This document shows, in pieces, positions 52,501 to 64,000 of a stretch of 64,000 bases of DNA (position 1 is its first letter; the number at the start of each line of letters is the position of its first letter). Where the stretch lies: contig NIVC01002373.1 in the NCBI GenBank assembly GCA_002269645.1, forward strand, positions 1 to 64,000. Reading direction: 5' to 3'. The position numbers and the translations under genes are program-made. Source of the stretch: Macrostomum lignano (lineage: Eukaryota). The notes beneath the pieces were generated by a model, which had not been told where the DNA came from, made no database searches, and was given only the letters and a program-made list of their open reading frames with translations.

Positions 52501-55500
52501 GATGGCCAGGGTGTCAGGATGGTCAGGATGGCCAGGGTGTCATGATGGCCAGGGTGTCAGGATGGTCAGGATGGCCAGGGTGTCAGGATGGTCGGGGTGT
52601 CAGGATTGTCAGTAAGGGCGTCAGTGAAGTTTCCATTAACTGATTGATATATAGAAAATATGCCGAATATGGGCATTGGGGGGGTTCCTATCGCACGTGA
52701 ATTCGATGGGAATTACTTTCTCAAGTACTCCGTACCCTCTGTCTAACTGAAAACCCCGTGGGCTCCTCTTTCCCGCTCCGCCCGTCCCCGCAGCCCGCGC
52801 GAGCTCGAGCTGTCCGTGGATGGTCGGGCAGGCAGCGCACTGCAGGCTCAGGAAGTCAGAGGAAGCCCCCAAGGGAAAGCCATGCGAGTAGTTGCAAAGC
52901 TTATAATTGAGATGCTTTCACTTCAAACAGCTGCCCGAGCTTTAATCTCTGCTAGCGGAGTGCATTTTCAAACTGAATTTGTGAGCTAAAATTATCCAAA
53001 CAAAAAGAGCTCCGGCTTAAATCTGCGAGCTCGGCAGTCGGCGGCATCTTGCCTTTTGTAACCCGAAACTAACTTAAACAGCAGGACTCAAACAGCCAGC
53101 AGCATTCACACAGCTAACAGCACTCTGTAAGCACTCACACAGATAACAGCTCTCTGTAAGCACACACAGCTAACAGCTCTCTGTAAGCACTCACACAGAT
53201 AACAGCTCTCTGTAAGCACTCACAGCTAACAGCTCTCTGTAAGCACTCACACAGATAACAGCTCTCTGTAAGCACTCACACAGCTAACAGCTCTCTGTAA
53301 GCACTCACACAGCTAACAGCTCTCTGTAAGCACTCACACAGATAACAGCTCTCTGTAAGCACTCCTACAGCTAACAGCACTCTGTAAGCACTCACAGCTA
53401 AAAGCTGTCTGTAAGCACTCACAGCTAACAGCTCTCTGTAAGCACTTACACAGCTAACAGCACTCTGTAAGCACTCACAGCTAACAGCTCTCTGTAAGCA
53501 CTCCTACAGCTAACAGCACTCTGTAAGCATTCACACAGCTAACAGCACTCTGTAAGCACTCACAGCTAACAGCTCTCTGTAAGCACTTACACAGCTAACA
53601 GCACTCTGTAAGCACTCACAGCTAAAAGCTCTCTGTAAGCACTCACAGCTAACAGCACTCTGTAAGCACTCACACTGCTAGAAGTTCTACTGTCAGCATT
53701 CACACAGCTGGCTAAAACGTAGACAGACTCATTGCCACAAAGAGAGCAGAAAAATGGCTGCTTGCTGCTACGAGTACCTGAAATACGGCACATTAAAAGT
53801 AAGCCCTCACCTCCTCCGAAACATGATGCGCAGCAGGGTGTCTTCAAAGTAGATGATCTTCTCCCGCCGCTTCAGGTCCGGCCGCTGCTCGCACTGGCAG
53901 TGGCGCCGGCAGGACAGGCTGGAGTTGGCCGGGAAGCTCCGACCGCCGCCGCTGCTGCCACTGCGGCCATCGGGCTCCAGCAACTGCGAGTCGCCCTTGT
54001 TGAGCAGCGGCAGCTTAGCTGAGACCAGCAAATCCAGCGGGCCGCGCCGCTTCTCCTCGCAGTAGTCTTTAAGCGCGTAGTTGGCCTGCTTGGACTGGAT
54101 CTCCTTCACCCACAGCAGGTAGTGAGTCACCCGCCCATTCGGCACCAGCGGCGGCCGCCACTCCAGCCGAATCTCGTCGCTGGCTGCCGCCTTGCCGTCG
54201 AACTGGTGAGGCGGCGACGGCTGGGTCGGCAGCGTCTCTACGTAGATGATGCGGCTCTTGCTGCCGTACTCCTGCTGCCGCTCCAGCAGTATCTGCGGCA
54301 TCACGAAGAGAGCGTAGCGGCTGGCCGGCCGGAGATCCTGGGGAGAGAGGGGACAAATCAGCTGCTGATCCGCCTGTCTGTCTGTCTGTCTCCCTGTCAG
54401 CCTGTCTGTCTGTCTGTCTGTCTCCCTGTCAGCCTGTCTGTCTCCCTGTCTCCCTGTCAGCCTGTCTGTTTGTCTGTCTGTCTCCCTGTCAGCCTGTCTG
54501 TCTGTCTGTATGTCTCCCTGTCAGCCTGTCTGTCTCCCTGTCTCCCTGTCAGCCTGTCTGTCTGTCTGTCTCCCTGTCAGCCTGCCTGTCTCCCTGTCAG
54601 CCTGCCTGTCTCCCTGTCAGCCTGTCTGTCTGTCTGTCTCCCTGTCAGCCTGTCTGTCTGTCTGTCTCCCTGTCAGCCTGTCTGTCTGTCTGTCTCCCTG
54701 TCAGCCTGTCTGTCTGTCTGTCTCCCTGTCAGCCTGTCTGTCTGTCTGTCTCCCTGTCTGTCTCCCTGTCAGCCTGTCTGTCTGTCTGTCTGTCTGTCTG
54801 TCAGCCTGTCTGCCTGCTGCCCATGCACCCGTGCAGTGTATTATGGCTTTTTGCAGCCCACTTGCTACTGTGCCAGCCTTGCTACCACAGACAAAAGCTC
54901 CATTACTTTGGCAAACATATCTTGATGAGATTATCTACTACTATAGCACTAACTACTCCCACTTCTGCACCCGTACAATCGCATAGCAATAATCAAATTT
55001 CTTTTTGCATGACTTTTTAACTCCTTGTTAGTCAGTCGTCCTGTCCTCTGTTTAATCATGTTTTATTTCAATTTCCACTGCCTCTGCATTTTAATTCATT
55101 TTCCGTGCTGTTCCACCCCGTCTCTTCCGTTTGCAGCCTCTGAAATCCCCGCCTGCTGCAACTGAAAATTCCCTTCATCAAACCCATTCGGGAATTCCTC
55201 ACACGCAATGTCTACCGACACCTCAGGGCTGGAGTTTCAAACCCGAATTCAATTATCGAACTGTCGCCTGCGCGCGACCGCTGCCGCCCCTGGCCCAGCT
55301 CAGCCAATTTATTAGCTGTCGGAAGAATATCGCTGCAAAATAACTCTGACTATCCGACTGACTCTGACTAACTGACTGACATCTGGCTGACTGACTGAAG
55401 GACTCACTGACCTCTGACTCACTGACTGACTGACTCACTGACCTCTGGCTGACTGACTCACTGACCTCTGGCTGACTGACTCACTGACCTCTGGCTGACT

Positions 55501-58500
55501 GACTCACTGACCTCTGGCTGACTGACTCACTGACCTCTGGCTGACTCACTGACTAACTCAGACATCTGGCTGACTGACTCACTGACCTCTGGCTGACTCA
55601 CTGACTAACTCAGACATCTGGCTGACTAACTCACTGACCTCTGACTGACTAACTCACTGACTGACTGACTGATTAACTGACTAAGTCACTGACTACCTGG
55701 CTGACTGACTCTTCCTCACTATCTAACTAAATAACTCAATTATTCAACTTATTACTCAAGGAGTATTATTACTCAAGTTACTCACTCAAAGCCAACCATT
55801 CATCACTCACATGCACATATTTCTGACACTGCCGCTTCCCCAGCTGGTTCTGACAGTCCCCGATGCACTGCGAGCAGTTCTGCAGATGACAGGAGTTGGG
55901 CAGCGGCTTGGGCGGCGGCCCCTTGCCGGTGGGGTCCGGCTCCGGCTTGTTCAGCGAATAGACGTTGTCGCAGGGCGAGAAGGTCGTCTGCCACTGCCGG
56001 ATCTCGCAGGTGGACGGGTCCGCGTACTGAACGGTCTCGTCCGGGCCGACCAGGCGGTAGTAAATGGAGTAGCCCAGCACGTAGCGCTGGTCGCTGACCA
56101 CCAGGTCCGGCCAATGCAGGATGACCCCGCTGGCCGAGACCAGCCCCACCACGATGTCGAAGGTGCGGTTGATGCAGTAGGCAAGGTCTCCGTTGGTCTT
56201 CGGGGACAGGTCCTCGAGCTCGTTCACCTGGGCAGGGCAGAACAAGCATTTTGTTCACGTGGGCCAATAAATTATCCTTGGGAACAGGTCTTTGTTCACC
56301 TGGGCCAATCAACTATCACTGGGAACAGATCTTTGTTCACCCGGGTCATTCAAATATCACTGGGAACAGATCTTTGTTCACCCAGGTCATTCAAATATCA
56401 CTGGGAACAGATCTTTGTTCACCCGGGTCAATCAAATATCACTGGGAACAGATCTTTGTTCACCCCGGCCATTCAACTATCACTGGGAACAGATCTTTGT
56501 TCACCCCGGCCATTCAACTATCACTGGGAACAGATCTTTGTTCACCCGGGTCAATCAACTATCACTGGAAACAGATCTTTGTTCACCCGGGCCTGGCAAG
56601 AAACATTAAGAACAGGTGATTAGACACAGCGAAGGCCCAGACCAACCTTCTCGGCCACGTCCAGAGTCTCATTAACGAAGGTTTGAATCCGGTTGTAGCA
56701 GAGGCGGCGGTTCATGTAGAACTGCACCTTGCCGCGGGCACGCTGACCCGCCTGCCGCCGGTTGTGTTCCACAAGCTCTGCAGGAAGTCTGTGTGCTCAA
56801 TCTTGATGGTGGGCCTGCAAGAGAAGCAATGGGGATGGAGAGGAGAGACTGCAAGCGAACAAGAAAAAGGTTGGACAGGCAAGGGGCTCAGCTGAGCCTT
56901 GGAGCAGCAATCTCGCTAATCAAAAGAAGCAAGGCCGTGTCTGCTCGTGATTAGCGCGAAGCGGATTCTGCAGTTCTAAACAACGGCGAAGATGGGGAGG
57001 GCAGACAACGCGGGGCATTCCAAAAATTGCCCGCAGCTGCAATGGGCCGGCAGGGACACAAGAACGAGCTGCTTTGACGGCCGGCTAATTGGCCTTGCTG
57101 TGGAAAGGCGGCTTTAGCTGGGCAGCTCAAAATACGCTCGTACTTGCTCTGCTCTTCCTTGGCCTGGCACACTGCGCCTCACCTGCTAGTCTGTCTGCTT
57201 ACCTGGCCGCTCTGGTGGCATCGTCAACAACATGCTTGCCGTGCACAACCCGCAGGTTGGCCAAGAAGGACAGAGAGGTCAGGTCCCTGGAGTTTGTCAC
57301 CAGCAGGAACTCTTCGATCTCCGTCAGGTTGCGGAAATTCTCCTCCAGCTTGCGCTCCAGATCGGCTGCAAATGGATGAGATTGGAGATGACTTTGGTGA
57401 AATTGGAGATGACTTGGGTGAGATTGAAGATGGCTTGGGTGAGATTGAAGATGGCTTGGGTAAAATTGGAGATGGCTTGGGTGAGACTGGAGATGGCTTG
57501 GGTGAGATTGGAGATGGCTTGGGTAAAATTGGAGATGGCTTGGGTGAGATTGGAGATGGCTTGGGTAAAATTGGAGATGGCTTGGGTGAGATTTCAGATG
57601 GCTTGGGTAAAATTGGAGATGGCTTTGGTGAGACTGGAGATGACTTGGGGGAGATTGGAGATGGCATTGGTGAGATTCGAGATGGCTTTGGTGAGATTCG
57701 AGATGGCTTTGGTGAGATTCGAGATGGCTTGGGTGAGATTGGAGATGGCTTTGGTGAGACTGGAGATGGCTTGGGTGAGATTGGAGATGGCTTGGGTAAA
57801 ATTGGAGATGGCTTTGGTGAGACTGGAGATGACTTGGGTGAGATTGTAGATGGCTTGGGTGGGATTGGAGATGGCTTAATTGGATGAATCTAATGATCAG
57901 TAGTGAGCTGATGCATGGTAAGATAGATCTGTGAATTGGGTGTCATGTGACAGAAACCAACAAGTACAGCCTGGCATTGGAAACAGCAGCGGCTCAAGAG
58001 ATAAGCAGAAGGCAGAAGCAGTAAATCAGTAAATCAGTAAATCCGTCTTGGCAGAAAAATAAAGAGCAGGCCAAAGATTGCAAAGATAAGACCAGTTATT
58101 GAAGACGATAGCTTTAGAAAAGCAATCTGCGATCTCCCCTTGGCCCCAATCCATTTTGACAGAGCTGGCAGATCACGCGATTTCAGGCGCCCCCGAGGCT
58201 GATGTGGGGCCGACATGGCTGATGGGATAACAGCCGAGAGTCCCTGGGAAAACAGGGGGAAGAGGAGTGGGCCGACACAAAGAGGAAATAAAGGCTGACA
58301 GAAAAAGCGGATTGACTCGGTGAAAAATCAGGAAATTCCCATCGGAGCTTTTCTGTTTTTTAACTCAACACTCGGCAATACAGAAGCAGCAAAGGCTGCC
58401 CGAGAGCGGATTCGGCAGACAAAGAACTGCTGCTTTCAGCCAGCGTTTTGAATGAGCCTCCGTCGGAGGAGGGCGAGATACACAGATCAGCTGCTGCACC

Positions 58501-61500
58501 GGGAGGGAAACAGTGAAAAATAACAGCGAATGGGAAACATGGGATATTCTTGGATGGGGCGGGGATTCATTGATAAGGAAATAATGTGGAGATTCATGGA
58601 TGGCGGAGGTCCACGGATGAGGAGATTCATAGATGGGGGAGATTCATGGATGGGAGATTCATGGATGGGGGAGATTCATGGATGGTGAGATTCGTGGATG
58701 GGGGATTCATGGATGGGGGAAATTCATGGATGGGGGAGATTCATGGATGGGGGAGATTCATGGATCATGGATGGGGGAGATTCATAGATGAGAGAATTCA
58801 TGGATGGGGGAGGTCCACGGATGAGGAGATTCATAGATGGGGGCGATTCATGGATGGGAGATTCATGGATGGGGGAGATTCGTGGATGGGGGATTCATGG
58901 ATGGGGGAAATTCATGGATGGGGGAAATTCATGGATGGGGGATATTCATGGATGGGGGATTCATGTATGGGGGAGATTCATGGATGGTGAGATTCGTGGA
59001 TGGGGGATTCATGGATGGGGGATTCATGGATGGGGGAAATTCATGGATGGGGGAGATTCATGGATGGGGGATATTCATGGATGGGGGAGATTCATAGATG
59101 AGAGAATTCATGGATGGGGGAGGTCCACGGATGAGGAGATTCATAGATGGGGCGATTCATGGATGGGAGATTCATGGATGGGGGAGATTCGTGGATGGGG
59201 GATTCATGGATGGGGAAATTCATGGATGGGGGAAATTCATGGATGGGGGAAATTCATGGATGGGGGATATTCATGGATGGGGGGAGATTCATAGATGAGA
59301 GAATTCATGGATGGGGGATTCATGGATGGGGGAGATTCATGGATGGGGGAGATTCGTGGATGGGGGATTCATGGATGGGGAAATTCATGGATGGGGGAGA
59401 TTCATGGATGGGGGATATTCATGGATGGGGGGAGATTCATAGATGAGAGAATTCATGGATGGGGGATTCATGGATGGGGGAGATTCATGGATGAGGGAGA
59501 TTCATGGATGGGGGAGATTCATGGATGGGGAGATTCATGGATGGGGGATTCATGGATGGGGAAGATTCATGGATGGGGGATTCATGGATGGGGGAGATTC
59601 ATGGATGGGGGAGATTCATGGATGGGGGATTCATGGATGGGGGAGATTCATGGATGGGGGAGATTTATGAATGGGGGAGATTCATGGATGGGGGATTCAT
59701 GGATGGGGGAGATTCATGGATGGGGGAGATTCATGGATGGGGGATTCATGGATGGGGGAGATTCATGGATGGGGGAGATTCATGGATGGGGGAGATTCAT
59801 GGATGGGGGATATTCATGGATGGGGGGAGATTCATAGATGAGAGAATTCATGGATGGGGGATTCATGGATGGGGGAGATTCATGGATGGGGGAGATTCAT
59901 GGATGGGAGAGATTCATGGATGGGGGAGATTCATGGATGGGGGATTCATGGATGGGGAGATTCATGGATGGGGGAGATTTATGGATGGGGAGATTCATGG
60001 ATGGGGGAGATTTATGGATGGGGGGAGATTCATAGATAAGAGTATTCATGGATGGGAAGATTCATGGATGGGAGATTCATGGATGGGGGAGATTCATGGA
60101 TGGGAAATTCATGGATGGGAGATTCATAGATGAGAGAATTCACGGATGGGAAGATTCATGGATGGGAGATTCATGGATGGGGAGATTCATGGATGGGGAG
60201 ATTCATGGATGGGGGAGATTTATGGATGGGGGGAGATTCATAGATGAGAGAATTAATGGATGGGGAATTCATGGATGGGGATTCATGGATGGGGGATTCA
60301 TGGATGGGAAGATTCATGGATGGGGGAGATTCATGGATGGGGATATTCATGGATAGGGGAGATTCATGGATGGGGGATATTCATGGATGGGGGGAGATTC
60401 ATAGATGAGAGAATTCATGGATGGGGGATTCATGGATGGGGAAGATTCATGGATGGGGAGATTCATGGATGGGGGATATTCATGGATGGGGGATATTCAT
60501 GGATGGGGGATTCATGGTTGGGGAGATTCATGGATGGGGGAGATTTATGGATGGGGGAGATTCTTAGATAAGAGTATTCATGGATGGGAAGATTCATGGA
60601 TGGGAGATTCATGGATGAGAGAATTCACGGATGGGAAGATTCATGGATGGGCAGACTTGAGTTGAGGAGCAGTACAGAATGGTGCAGGAACCAGAGATGA
60701 GCTCACGAATATTGTCGGACAGGGAGATGATGAGCTGCCCGATGCTGGTGCAGCCCTTCACAGCCTCCAAGTCCTCGATGGAGTGCACCAGCAGGCCCTC
60801 GCAGTATCGGGTGCAGTTGGCCTTGTCCACGCACTTCACGCAGGTGTGGTTGCTGCTGATCTCGTAACCAAGCGGGCAGGTCTCAACGCAGGTTCCGTTG
60901 AAGAGTTTCATGGCGGTGCCGCGCGAGGACCGGAAGCTGCTCTTGGCGATGGCATTCTTTGAGGAGTAGCGGCGGCTGAGGCAGTCGGCGTGGCTGATGC
61001 ACATCCAGTTTTGGTGAGAAACGTGGCTGGCGGGGCAGCGGTCCACGCAACGGCCGTCCAGCAGGAGGTGCCGGCAAGCGATGCAGTCGGCGTTGCCTGG
61101 GCCGCGGCAGCCACCGAGGCAGTTCGGGTGGCAGCAGGCCGACGAGTTGCCGCCCAGCAGGCAGCCGCGATCACCGCAGGCGGGGCTGCAGAGACTCTGG
61201 CAGGTATCCCGACTCCAGCAGTTCTCGGCGACCGGGCACTCCGAACTGCGAGAGGCAATTTCGAGCATTGTGTACGAAATGCTCAAGCTGAGCTCCCGCT
61301 CCTCTCCCTTGGATGCTCAGGCTGAGCTCCCGCTCCTCTCCCTGGGATGCTCAGGCTGAGCTCCCGCTCCTCTCCCTGGGATGCTCAGGCTGAGCTCCCG
61401 CTCCTCTCCCTGGGATGCTCAGGCTGAGCTCCCGCTCCTCTCCCTGGGATGCTCAGGCTGAGCTCCCGCTCCTCTCCCTGGGATGCTCAGGCTGAGCTCC

Positions 61501-64000
61501 CGCTCCTCTCCCTGGGATGCTCAGGCTGAGCTCCCGCTCCTCTCCCTGGGATGCTCAGGCTAAGCTCCCGCTCCTCTCCCTGGGATGCTCAGGCTGAGCT
61601 CCCGCTCCTCTCCCTGGGATGCTCAGGCTGAGCTCCCGCTCCTCTCCCTGGGATGCTCAGGCTGAGCTCCCGCTCCTTACCCTGGGATGCTCAGGCTGAG
61701 CTCCCGCTCCTCTCCCTGGGATGCTCAGGCTGAGCTCCCGCTCCTTACCCTGGGATGCTCAGGCTGAGCTCCCGCTCCTCTCCCTGGGATGCTCAGGCTG
61801 AGCCGGCACCTTACTTGCCATTCCAGATTCTCTCTTCAGCATGTTACAAAATTCGAAACGGATTAGGCCAGCTTTTCCAGGTGAAATTCACGACAAAAAC
61901 GACCATCTGTTAATCCGCTAATCCCAGACAAAGATGAGACCAACACAAGCTATCCCAGGGCAGTAACAGCAATGGAATTTTATAGTCGCACAAGAAATAA
62001 TCCCATCATATCCAGACCGCGCATCCACATACAAACTCTTAGCCTCCCAAATTCTGATGATGGAAATATTCCGGTCTGCATGTCTGCAGTTCCCATCAAC
62101 CCTCCGGGCAGTGGGAAAAGTGCAGAGCACGATCTCGGAAACAGAGATACGAGAGCTGGGAAGGGGACGAGAGCCTGGCCTGAGTCTGAGTCAGCTCTGA
62201 CCCCCTGCCGCGGCTCGTGAGATTCTTGCGGATTCAGTTTAGGGCTGCAGGCAGGGGTTGCTGGGGAAAATGGACACTGGATGAAGCCGGGGAGGGTGAC
62301 AGCCAGAATCCCAGACAGCTTGGGCATTTCCACGGATTGCAAAAGCTGCAGCAGACGGGAGCAGGCAGGGTGCAGGTGCGCAGGACAAGAGACTGATGCA
62401 TAATTCAGAGCCAGGAGGCAGTGGCTCAGGGCCTGCAGATGCAGCTCATCGCGCGCCAGTTCGCGTCCCTCATTTCTTTTTTTCGCTAATTCACTTTTTG
62501 CCCGAGATCTCATCGGCAAAGGCCCGCTAATCCGGCTCGGGAGCTGCTAAATCCCTAGAGGGAATGCTTTATGCGGCCAGTTCAACGCGTTGGGAGGGGG
62601 GCTTCATAGCCCCGGAAATTAAAGCTCGGGCCTTCTGGGGATTTTCGAGCATTGAGATTAAAACCGGAGAGTCCAACGACTCGACTCGGTGCTTGGGGAT
62701 TAAGAACGCAATAATTCATCAAAAACTTATTAAAAAAGGATTAGCATATCCAAAAGGCAAATGAATTTCACGTAATTAAAACCCTTCTGCAGAAGAGAAT
62801 CATCTCTCTTTGCAGGGCTTTTTTGCGGGGCTATTCTAAAATCTTCTGACCATGAGCAAATGAGTCCGGCATACGAGCGTATTGAGCACTCACTGGTTCA
62901 CATATCTAAACACTCACTGGTTCACATATGTGAGCACTCACTGGTTCACATATGTGAGCATTCACTGGTTCACATATCTGAGCTCTCACTGGTTCACATA
63001 TCTGAGCACTCACTGGTTCACATATCTGAGCATTCACTGGTTCACATATCTGAGCACTCACTGGTTCACATATGTGAGCTCTCACTGGTTCACATATCTG
63101 AGCTCTCACTGGTTCACATATCTGAGCACTCACTGGTTCACATATGTGAGCACTCACTGGTTCACATATGTGAGCACTCACTGGTTCACATATGTGAGCA
63201 CTCACTGGTTCACATATCTGAGCACTCACTGGTTCACATATGTGAGCACTCACTGGTTCACATATCTGAGCACTCACTGGTTCACATATGTGAGCACTCA
63301 CTGGTTCACATATCTGAGCACTCACTGGTTCACATGTGAGCACTCACTGGTTCACATATCTGAGCTCTCACTGGTTCACATTTCTGAGCACTCACTGGTT
63401 CACATATGTGAGCACTCACTGGTTCACATATGTGAGCACTCACTGGTTCACATATGTGAGCTCTCACTGGTTCACATATCTGAGCTCTCACTGGTTCACA
63501 TATCTGAGCATTCACTGGTTCACATATCTGAGCATTCACTGGTTCACATATCTGAGCACTCACTGGTTCACATATGTGAGCACTCACTGGTTCACATATC
63601 TGAGCTCTCACTGGTTCACATATCTGAGCTCTCACTGGTTCACATATCTGAGCACTCACTGGTTCACATATGTGAGCACTCACTGGTTCACATATCTGAG
63701 CACTCACTGGTTCACATATCTGAGCACTCACTGATCCCGCATATCTGAGCACTCACTGGTACACATATTTCGAGCTCTCGTCAATCCATTGTAGCCGGCC
63801 AGGGCAGACATCGCTGCAGAGCACCCTGTCGGGCACATTATCGAAGCGAACCTCCCTGATGAAGTCGGGCCGCACGATGGCCGCCCAGTTCACGGATTTG
63901 TAGTAGCACAGCTTCGGTGCGTTCTCCACTCGCACTCCGCCGCGGCCGATGTACCGCAGCGCGGGCAGCGCCATGTCCTGCAGGTCGGGCAGGTCGAATA
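47493..64000 (-). CDS. INSR: Insulin/IGF receptor tyrosine kinase, 5'-incomplete (runs off the window end); one 1-bp frameshift
   Basis: Exons (minus): >64000-63757, 61245-60707, 57365-57203, 56814-56647 (-1 frameshift at 56736-38), 56227-55811, 54337-53811, 50903-50540, 50424-49537, 49367-49058, 48073-47493, all phase-compatible. Domains: L1 end (NAPKLCY), furin-like Cys-rich ([10 protein letters not shown]), L2 ([10 protein letters not shown]), three FnIII, alpha-CT ([10 protein letters not shown]), TM, juxtamembrane NPDY, kinase GTGSFGRVY / VAVK / HRDLAARN / [14 protein letters not shown] / LPVRWMAPE. Confidence 0.95.
48105..48950. repeat. 33 bp tandem repeat (ctccagccctgatgcttcagctggctgctgttg), ~25 copies, receptor kinase intron
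   Basis: Lies between the G|gtaagt donor at 49057 and the acceptor at 48074, which split the D codon of the DFG motif. Confidence 0.96.
49420..49525. repeat. (GACA)n microsatellite
   Basis: In receptor intron 49368-49536. Confidence 0.93.
51350..52610. repeat. Composite 9/18 bp minisatellite (ggtgtcaggatagccagg / atggtcagg)
   Basis: Seen directly. Confidence 0.95.
53100..53675. repeat. 29-31 bp minisatellite (cagctaacagctctctgtaagcactcaca)
   Basis: About 19 copies. Confidence 0.94.
54375..54815. repeat. (CTGT)n-derived minisatellite (ctgtctgtctccctgtcagc)
   Basis: Seen directly. Confidence 0.93.
55345..55715. repeat. (CTGA)n-derived minisatellite (ctgactcactgacctctggctga)
   Basis: Seen directly. 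Confidence 0.88.
56225..56595. repeat. 41 bp tandem repeat (tgggaacagatctttgttcacccgggtcattcaaatatcac), ~9 copies
   Basis: Abuts the acceptor at 56228 and shares its junction motif. Confidence 0.92.
57378..57880. repeat. 21 bp tandem repeat (gagattggagatggcttgggt), ~24 copies
   Basis: Seen directly. Confidence 0.95.
58585..60650. repeat. ~2 kb G-rich minisatellite, 16-17 bp unit (gattcatggatggggga)
   Basis: Seen directly; explains the many MDGG-type ORFs. Confidence 0.97.
61283..61803. repeat. 34 bp tandem repeat (ctgagctcccgctcctctccctgggatgctcagg), ~15 copies
   Basis: Seen directly. Confidence 0.96.
62880..63770 (-). repeat. 24 bp tandem repeat containing the exon end and GTGAGT donor, ~37 copies
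   Basis: Minus-strand unit agatatgtgaacca|gtgagtgctc versus the real junction aaatatgtgtacca|gtgagtgctc at 63757/63756. Confidence 0.95.

Noticed and set aside
52636-52872. Extra receptor exon or small ORF
   Set aside because: The phase-2 reading from the cctgcag acceptor hits a stop before a good donor, and the flanking exons join in frame without it.
61918-62764. ORFs inside the receptor intron (61980..62519 and others)
   Set aside because: No domain similarity by eye and no consistent splice phase with the receptor exons.

Overview
Eukaryotic (animal) genomic DNA with GC-rich exons and long introns, most filled by a private minisatellite. This architecture is most consistent with the free-living flatworm Macrostomum (inference). 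Spliced gene models built by hand from GT-AG sites and reading phase: (1) Vsx/Chx10-type paired-class homeobox gene, + 8682-14358; (2) small secreted, possibly cystatin-fold protein, + 19551-20344; (3) ankyrin-repeat plus Mab-21/cGAS-like nucleotidyltransferase (cGLR) fusion gene, - 25670-21979, with one 1-bp frameshift; (4) type I membrane protein with two Ig domains, - 35240-33656; (5) GID8/TWA1, + 41704-42709; (6) divergent hnRNP Q/R (SYNCRIP)-like gene, + ~44139-46455; (7) insulin/IGF receptor tyrosine kinase, - >64000-47493, with one 1-bp frameshift. Mobile DNA: a LINE RT fragment, a decayed Crypton (DUF3504 tyrosine recombinase) with a terminal hairpin, MITEs, and two diverged copies of a probable non-autonomous Helitron. 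About 35 unrelated tandem arrays account for nearly all long low-complexity ORFs in the supplied track. Most notable: the ANK-cGLR fusion inside a TE-rich cluster of immune-type genes, and intronic minisatellites whose unit is a copy of the adjacent exon-intron junction (tandem splice donors in the SYNCRIP-like and receptor genes). No CRISPR array, rRNA or tRNA was found. All coordinates, copy numbers and homologies were read by eye; no database search was run.
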